Below are positions 16,141 through 21,459 of a DNA stretch of 21,459 nt, piece after piece. The DNA is taken from positions 1-21,459 of the forward strand of contig CAXGMD010000060.1 of NCBI GenBank assembly GCA_964010765.1, in the 5' to 3' direction. The position numbers were made by a program, and so were the translations under genes. The DNA comes from an uncultured bacterium. Lineage in GTDB: Bacteria; SAR324; NAC60-12. Position 1 is the stretch's first letter. Every line of letters starts with the position of its first letter. The notes below the pieces were generated by a model that was not told the origin of the DNA, made no database searches, and worked only from the letters and a program-made list of their open reading frames with translations.

Positions 16141-17226
16141 TCATTGATTCTTGGTCTCCTGCTCCAAAAGCTTCTGCTTGCGTTCGATACCCCACTTGTA
16201 CCCTGCCAGATCACCAGATCCACGAATTACTCGGTGACACGGGACCAGGATTGCCAAACGATTAGAAGCGCAAGCGCTGGCCACAGCACGGGCGGCCTTG
16301 GGTTGCCCGAGGGACTGGGCGAGTTGGGTGTAGCTTACCGTTTCTCCAGATGGAATCTCGGTCAAGGCCCGCCACACCTTTTCCTGAAAGACCGTGCCTC
16401 GAATATCCAAGGGAAGCTTTGTATCGCTTGACTGTCTTCGATGGGGATCATCAATCTGGGCCACCACCTCAGATATCCATTCTTGCCAATCTTCCTCTGC
16501 TTCTTGCAACTCTGCAGAGGGAAAGTTTGCCTCCAGTATGCCCAAGACTTCTTCTTTCTCTGCAAACTCGACCAAACAGATTCCACGATCGGTTGTGGCA
16601 ATCAGAATACTTCCAAGGCTTGTTTCGCGGTGTGCATAATGAATTGTTTCTCCCTGAGCCCCTTTCTTGTGTTTGCTTGGCATCAGTCCTGGTGTGGTGT
16701 TGTCAGCATAAGCTCGTGATGGGCTATCGTAACCAGCTTCATAAATTGTTTGGGTAACATTCTTTGAAGATTTCAATTCATTGCGGAAGCGCTGTTTCCG
16801 TAACGCCATCGCATACTGTTTTGGAGACAAGCCAACCTGTGCCTTGAATACACGCTGGAAATGACCCGGGCTGAGACCTGCTGATGCTGCCAATCTGGCT
16901 AGATCAAGCTTTGCTTCTGCCAACTCGATTGATTGGCAAGCCTGAGCGATGGCTTTGCTATGCGATGACGATTCTACTTGATCGGGTTTGCAGCGTTTAC
17001 AAGCTCTATAGCCCGCAGCCTGTGCCTGGGTTGGTGTGTCGTGAAACGAAACATTTTCCCGATTGGCTCTTCGGGAAGTGCAGCTAGGATGACAGTACAC
17101 ACCTGTCGTACGCACTGCGAAAACGAAGATGCCATCCCATGCTTGGTCCCGACTACAAACGGCTTGCCAGCGTTGCTCATCGATCTCTTTGGAATCGTTC
17201 CTCTCTCTTTCTTCATTTTGCTGCAT
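16141..17226 (-). CDS. ada: bifunctional transcriptional activator / O6-methylguanine-DNA methyltransferase Ada
   Basis: Zn site VRTTGVYCHPSC..RACKRC, AraC-type HTH (AGLSPGHFQRVFK), C-terminal GTVFQEKVW and PCHRV active site. Confidence 0.95.
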   Translation of the reverse strand: MQQNEERERNDSKEIDEQRWQAVCSRDQAWDGIFVFAVRTTGVYCHPSCTSRRANRENVSFHDTPTQAQAAGYRACKRCKPDQVESSSHSKAIAQACQSIELAEAKLDLARLAASAGLSPGHFQRVFKAQVGLSPKQYAMALRKQRFRNELKSSKNVTQTIYEAGYDSPSRAYADNTTPGLMPSKHKKGAQGETIHYAHRETSLGSILIATTDRGICLVEFAEKEEVLGILEANFPSAELQEAEEDWQEWISEVVAQIDDPHRRQSSDTKLPLDIRGTVFQEKVWRALTEIPSGETVSYTQLAQSLGQPKAARAVASACASNRLAILVPCHRVIRGSGDLAGYKWGIERKQKLLEQETKNQ

Positions 17227-17227
17227 A

Positions 17228-18172
17228 TCACGACTCTCGTATAGCCCAAAGCACCTTTAATTGCTTCCAGGGACGACCATCAACCGCTGCCATACCTGCA
17301 CCGATCAAAGACATTCCCACTAAATGTTTCGGCAGTAGACTCTCATCTAGAAAAGCAATTCCCAGCAGAATGGCGCTGATTGGTATCAGGAAGGTAACCA
17401 ACAACAAGTTTGTGGCTCCAGCTGTGGCCAAGATTCGGAAATAGAGAATGTATGCTAAGGCTGTCGACAAAACAGCAATCCCTACAAGAGAGGCAATGGC
17501 AGCTACGCTTGGCATTGGCAAAGTCCATGGTTGCTCAACCAAGATCACCATCGGTACAAGAAACAAACTAGAGGCGGTTACCTGCCCTGTTGCTGTGACT
17601 ATCGGCGACACACCCATCGCTTTGAATCTACGCCCAAAGATGCCAGCGAAAGCATAAGAGAGTGCTGCACAAAGAATTGCTACATGTGCCAATAGATTTG
17701 CACTTATCCCTGCAAGCACATCAATGCCTATCATAGTGAAGACTCCCAGAAAACCAATAACAACCCCTAAAAAACGACTACCATTCAATTTTTCATCCGA
17801 GGTCATAAAATGCGCAACTACTACTGTGAATAGAGGTGTCATCGCATTGAGAATTGAGGCAACACCAGAGGCAACTTGTGTCTGTCCCCAAACAATCAAA
17901 CTGAATGGCACGACGTTGTTCAACATTCCCATCCCACCGAACGCGATCCAAATTCTTGGATTCCTAGGGAACTGTTGACCTGTGACTCTCATCACCAGTA
18001 AGAGTGCTATAGATGCTAAGGCGACCCGACCAACCACAATGGTGAAAGTTGGCAGTTCCCTGACTGCTACACCGTTGAAAAAGAATGAGCCACCCCAAAG
18101 AATGGAAAGAGCTAACAGCAACCCCCATTCATGAAAATTCATAGCAGTATTGATGGTTGGCTTTGCAGACAT
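17228..18172 (-). CDS. DMT/EamA family transporter
   Basis: LLLALSILWGGSF, NVVPFSLI..GQ..SG.ASILNA.TPLF, STALAYILYF...GATN; ~10 TM; likely start ATG 18172 with AGGTG RBS. Confidence 0.9.
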   Translation of the reverse strand: MSAKPTINTAMNFHEWGLLLALSILWGGSFFFNGVAVRELPTFTIVVGRVALASIALLLVMRVTGQQFPRNPRIWIAFGGMGMLNNVVPFSLIVWGQTQVASGVASILNAMTPLFTVVVAHFMTSDEKLNGSRFLGVVIGFLGVFTMIGIDVLAGISANLLAHVAILCAALSYAFAGIFGRRFKAMGVSPIVTATGQVTASSLFLVPMVILVEQPWTLPMPSVAAIASLVGIAVLSTALAYILYFRILATAGATNLLLVTFLIPISAILLGIAFLDESLLPKHLVGMSLIGAGMAAVDGRPWKQLKVLWAIRES

Positions 18173-18243
18173 GAGTTCACCTACTGATAAAGCATATTGG
18201 TTAGGTGAAGTATTCCCTTGGCTATCAAGAAAAACATCCCGTT

Positions 18244-18258
18244 TCTTGCGATTCAATT
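18244..18258 (-). promoter_or_regulatory. Ada box (AAT-N6-GCAA)
   Basis: Minus strand reads AATTGAATCGCAAGA, matching the A-box/B-box arrangement of the E. coli ada promoter (AATTAAAGCGCAAGA); upstream of eamA-ada. Confidence 0.7.
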
Positions 18259-18316
18259 CGAAAAGTTAGCTTGGAGGTTGAAGTAGTCAGAGTTTGAAAA
18301 AGTCTTGGTACAATAG

Positions 18317-18348
18317 TGCCTTTGAATTGACCACAATGCCTTTGAATT
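18317..18348. repeat. tandem direct repeat TGCCTTTGAATT x2 (20-bp period), candidate activator sites
   Basis: Copies at 18317-18328 and 18337-18348 in the divergent intergenic region. Confidence 0.6.
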
Positions 18349-18416
18349 ACTCACGACCTCGAACGAATTTCTTATATTCTTATTTTTTAATTTAAAAATA
18401 TCAGTTATTTGAATGA

Positions 18417-18432
18417 TGGCATACTGAGTGCT
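18417..18432 (+). promoter_or_regulatory. putative sigma54 (-24/-12) promoter
   Basis: TGGCATACTGAGTGCT has GG-N10-GC spacing; IHF-like TATCAGTTATTTG at 18399-18411 with an AT tract upstream. Confidence 0.6.
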
Positions 18433-18464
18433 GCTTAATGCTTCGGTTTAAAGGGGAGATGACA

Positions 18465-19142
18465 GTGGAATTACGCTTTTTTGAAATTTATCGCAGTCCT
18501 GAATATCTGCTGCTGTTGGCAGAAGGGATTCTGACTAGCGCTGTACTCACAATCTCAGCTGGTATGATAGGCTTTGTCTTGGCGACCCTGCTGGCCAGTG
18601 CCCGTCATCACAGCTGGCCAGTCCTAGGGCAACTATCAGCGGCCTTCATAGAATTTATTCGCAACACACCGCTTATCGTCCAGCTCTTCTTTGTTGCTTT
18701 TGGACTACCCTTGCTTCTTGGCTACCAGTGGGCATTTTGGGCCCATGCACTTTTGGCGCTGATCATCAACTTCTCGGCCTACTTTGCAGAAATACTGCGC
18801 TCCGGCTTCCTCAGCGTTCCCATTGGACAGCTTGAAGCAGCAAAGACTCTGGGGGTTCCAAGTTTCATAGCATTTTGGAAAATTCTCCTACCTCAGGCGA
18901 TCGCCACAATGTATCCCTCCCTGAGCAGTCAATTTATTTTTCTCTTTCTAACGACGGGAGTGATTGCCGAAATCGGGGTGCGTGATCTGACGTTTGCAGG
19001 CTTATTCATAGACAGTCGAAGTTTCCGATCTTTCGAGGTCTTTTTCACTCTCACAATCCTCTACATTGTGATGGCTCTCTCATTCAAAGGGATTCTTCGG
19101 TTGGTATTCATCAAAAAATTTTCATGGTGGTCAGCACCATGA
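18465..19142 (+). CDS. polar amino acid ABC transporter permease
   Basis: FIEFIRNTPLIVQLFF, SAYFAEILRSG, GQLEAAKTLG (EAA loop); start GTG 18465 or ATG 18459 after GGGGAG. Confidence 0.92.
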   Translation: MELRFFEIYRSPEYLLLLAEGILTSAVLTISAGMIGFVLATLLASARHHSWPVLGQLSAAFIEFIRNTPLIVQLFFVAFGLPLLLGYQWAFWAHALLALIINFSAYFAEILRSGFLSVPIGQLEAAKTLGVPSFIAFWKILLPQAIATMYPSLSSQFIFLFLTTGVIAEIGVRDLTFAGLFIDSRSFRSFEVFFTLTILYIVMALSFKGILRLVFIKKFSWWSAP

Positions 19143-19846
19143 AAGAAATCTTTGTATCCGTCTTTGGCAAGCCCTTTGGGATCGTACTTTTCCAATTACT
19201 AGAAGCGACCCAATTTACTATTTACCTCTCGCTGTTTGCCTTCTTCGGAGGTGGGGCAATTGGGATAGTCATTGCCCTGCTTCGCATCTACCCATCACAA
19301 AAATCAAGGGCTGGAGCGGTAGCCTACATTTGGCTCTTCCAATCAGTGCCTCTGCTGATGCTCTTGTTTCTTTTTGGCCTCGGAATACCACGACTGTTCG
19401 GCCAAAATGTAGATCCCTGGATTGCAGCAATTGGAGCTTTGACTCTCTACACATCTGCCTACCTCGCTGATGTCTGGCGAGGCTCGGTAGAGGCCGTACC
19501 AAAAGGTCAATGGGAAGGAGCACGAGCGCTGGGATTGGGATTCTTCAAGACTCTGCAACTAGTGATCGCTCCGCAGGCAATCCGCAACACCCTCGCCCCA
19601 ACAGTTGGCTTCATGGTGCAAATCATTAAAGGCACCTCCCTAGCCTTTATCATCGGTTTTCATGATCTGATGAGTGTTGGGAAACGCTGGGCCAATGCCC
19701 CAGTTAATGGTACCGAACCCTTCGTTATTTTTCCCCTAATGGCATTGATCTACTTTTGCCTTTGTTTTCCGCTCTCAGCATTTTCGAAGCAGCTGGAGCG
19801 CAAATTCGGAAGTGTTTCCAAGCAAGACCTTCCGACTGCCGTGTGA
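19139..19846 (+). CDS. polar amino acid ABC transporter permease
   Basis: FQSVPLLMLLF, SAYLADVWRG, GQWEGARALG, IKGTSLA; ATGA overlap with the previous gene. Confidence 0.92.
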   Translation: MKEIFVSVFGKPFGIVLFQLLEATQFTIYLSLFAFFGGGAIGIVIALLRIYPSQKSRAGAVAYIWLFQSVPLLMLLFLFGLGIPRLFGQNVDPWIAAIGALTLYTSAYLADVWRGSVEAVPKGQWEGARALGLGFFKTLQLVIAPQAIRNTLAPTVGFMVQIIKGTSLAFIIGFHDLMSVGKRWANAPVNGTEPFVIFPLMALIYFCLCFPLSAFSKQLERKFGSVSKQDLPTAV

Positions 19847-19889
19847 CTCCTAGGGAGTGCACTTATTTTCTTAACATCATCCGGAGAAC

Positions 19890-20696
19890 ATGATGCTCAA
19901 GCAAATCTTTAAAAAGTGGTCGCTCAGCCTGTCAATGATACTTGTATTGTTGATGACAATGGCCGCAACACCAGCGGTGGCAGAACTGCCAGACATTCTG
20001 AAATCAGGAAAAATCCGCATCGCAGTCCCTGAAAACTTTCCGCCTTTCGGATCATTAGGTGAGGAAGGAGAGTATGTGGGCTATGACGTAGAGATTGCAC
20101 AAATGATCGCTGACGATTTAGGAGTTGAACTGGAACTAGTTCCAGTGACATCAAAACAAAGGATCCCCTTCTTGGAGACCGATCGAGTTGATCTGGTGGT
20201 TTCGGTTATGGGGGCCAATCCTGAGAGAGCCAAGTCGATCTGGTTTTCTAGTGCCTACGCTCCATTTTATTCCGGAGCTTTTGCCAAGCCAGACGTCGAA
20301 TTGGATTCTGTGAAAGGATTCTCAGGGAAAAAGGTGGGAGTGACCGGTGGAACACTGGAAGACTTGGCGATCAGCGCAAATGCTCCTGCAGACGCTGAGA
20401 TCATCCGTTTCGGCGACAACGCAGCTACCATTTCCGCTTATGTATCAGGTCAGACTGACGTGATTGTCACAGGGAATATGGCTGCACTAGAGATCTCCAA
20501 AAACAATCCTGATTTTAATCTGGAAACCAAATTTATCATTGCCAACTCCCCTTGCTATATTGGGGTGAAGAGCGGAAATCTGGATCTACTGCAGTGGGTC
20601 AATGTCTTCATCTTGCACAAAAAGCTGAACGGGAAACTGAATGAACTCTCTTTGAAATGGCTGGAGCAACCTCTTCCCGAACTTCCTACCCTCTGA
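19890..20696 (+). CDS. polar amino acid ABC transporter substrate-binding protein (family 3)
   Basis: Signal peptide, FPPFG, GYDVEIA, RIPFL, NPERAKSIWFS..Y; GGAGA RBS. Confidence 0.92.
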   Translation: MMLKQIFKKWSLSLSMILVLLMTMAATPAVAELPDILKSGKIRIAVPENFPPFGSLGEEGEYVGYDVEIAQMIADDLGVELELVPVTSKQRIPFLETDRVDLVVSVMGANPERAKSIWFSSAYAPFYSGAFAKPDVELDSVKGFSGKKVGVTGGTLEDLAISANAPADAEIIRFGDNAATISAYVSGQTDVIVTGNMAALEISKNNPDFNLETKFIIANSPCYIGVKSGNLDLLQWVNVFILHKKLNGKLNELSLKWLEQPLPELPTL

Positions 20697-20708
20697 CACA
20701 CTCCTAAC

Positions 20709-20739
20709 GAAGCCTCGATTCATCAGGAGTCGTGGCTTC
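20709..20739 (+). terminator. stem-loop after the ABC operon, possible terminator
   Basis: GAAGCC-T-CGATTC / GAGTCG-T-GGCTTC pairing; only a weak U-tract (AAAGTTTCTT). Confidence 0.4.
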
Positions 20740-21022
20740 AAAGTTTCTTGAAAGCACCGTCTGAAATTACATCGGGACAATTCACTCCTACACCAGCTTC
20801 ACTTTCCATCACATCCGGGCACTGCCCATGTTAGTGTTGCGCTAGGCTAACCGAATACAGTGCATCCTGCTCCTACCAGCAGTAACAACCGACACAACGC
20901 CTTTGCACTAGTTCCGTTAATCCAGTCCACAACCAAAGAATAAGCATCTTGCCTGCTCTTCATGGGGCAGATAAATTTTAGTAAAAGTATTTCAGTCATT
21001 CTTACCCTTCGACTCTACCAAC

Positions 21023-21459
21023 ATGTACCTCCCTCCCCATTTTGAAGAAACTGATCCTAGCCAGGTTTATGAGCTGATTGATAAGTTTCCTCTGGCAATT
21101 TTGGTAGCGCAAACTGAACAAGGCCTAGTAGCCAATCACATCCCACTGATGCTTCAAGAGAAGCAGGAGTTGCTTGGTCACCTTGCAAAGAACAACGACC
21201 TCCATCAACTTCTTCCGTCTGGTAAGGAAATTCTTGCTATCTTTCGGGGAGAGGATGCCTACATTTCACCAAACTGGTATCCCACAAAGCCTATTCATCA
21301 CAGGCACGTACCGACCTGGAACTATCAGGTAGTGCACGTTTATGGCACGATCCACTACCAAGATGATGACAAATTCAAGCTGGCCGTTGTTGGTAAGCTG
21401 ACAAAGAAGATGGAAGAGCGAACCCATGTTGAGAATGCCTGGCGGATGGCCGATGCGCC
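21023..21459 (+). CDS. PaiB-family FMN-binding protein ('negative transcriptional regulator'), truncated by window end
   Basis: Not in the ORF track; manual translation gives MYLPPHFEE..FPLAILV..ANHIP..GHLAKNN..FRGEDAYISPNWYP..VPTWNYQVVHVYG. Confidence 0.88.
   Translation, partial: MYLPPHFEETDPSQVYELIDKFPLAILVAQTEQGLVANHIPLMLQEKQELLGHLAKNNDLHQLLPSGKEILAIFRGEDAYISPNWYPTKPIHHRHVPTWNYQVVHVYGTIHYQDDDKFKLAVVGKLTKKMEERTHVENAWRMADA

Noticed and set aside
16005..17978. Antisense and alternative-frame ORFs over ada and eamA
   Set aside because: They overlap confidently assigned genes and have no independent coding evidence.
20740..21022. Possible riboswitch/ncRNA upstream of the PaiB-family gene
   Set aside because: No recognisable conserved RNA motif or strong structure by eye; an Rfam/Infernal scan would be needed.

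Overview
Bacterial chromosomal window; gene content and style suggest a marine delta-proteobacterial/SAR324-like lineage, which is an inference. Bases 1-10784 are a housekeeping-type block: rlmE, an SRPBCC-like protein, a branched-chain-type ABC binding protein, a divergent MurG-like GT28, a long-chain acyl-CoA ligase, engB, tatB-like and guaA. A ~4.07-kb integrative element is inserted in the 3' end of guaA, bounded by a 12-bp direct repeat TGGGTGGGAGTA (10772-10783 and 14829-14840). Its reconstructed attP is a perfect 8-bp inverted repeat around a 7-bp spacer, with IHF-like and arm-like sites nearby. It carries a broken tyrosine integrase, an AT-rich SPFH/prohibitin cargo gene and a frameshifted DUF6641-like gene. 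It is partitioned by three exact copies of an 18-bp perfect palindrome, AATCGTGTTAACACGATT, with a fourth degenerate copy beyond attR; this palindrome-punctuated element is the most unusual thing in the window. Downstream are a cytochrome b561-like gene, an eamA-ada operon with a recognisable Ada box, a sigma54-type polar amino-acid ABC operon lacking a local ATPase, and a PaiB-family gene that runs off the window end.
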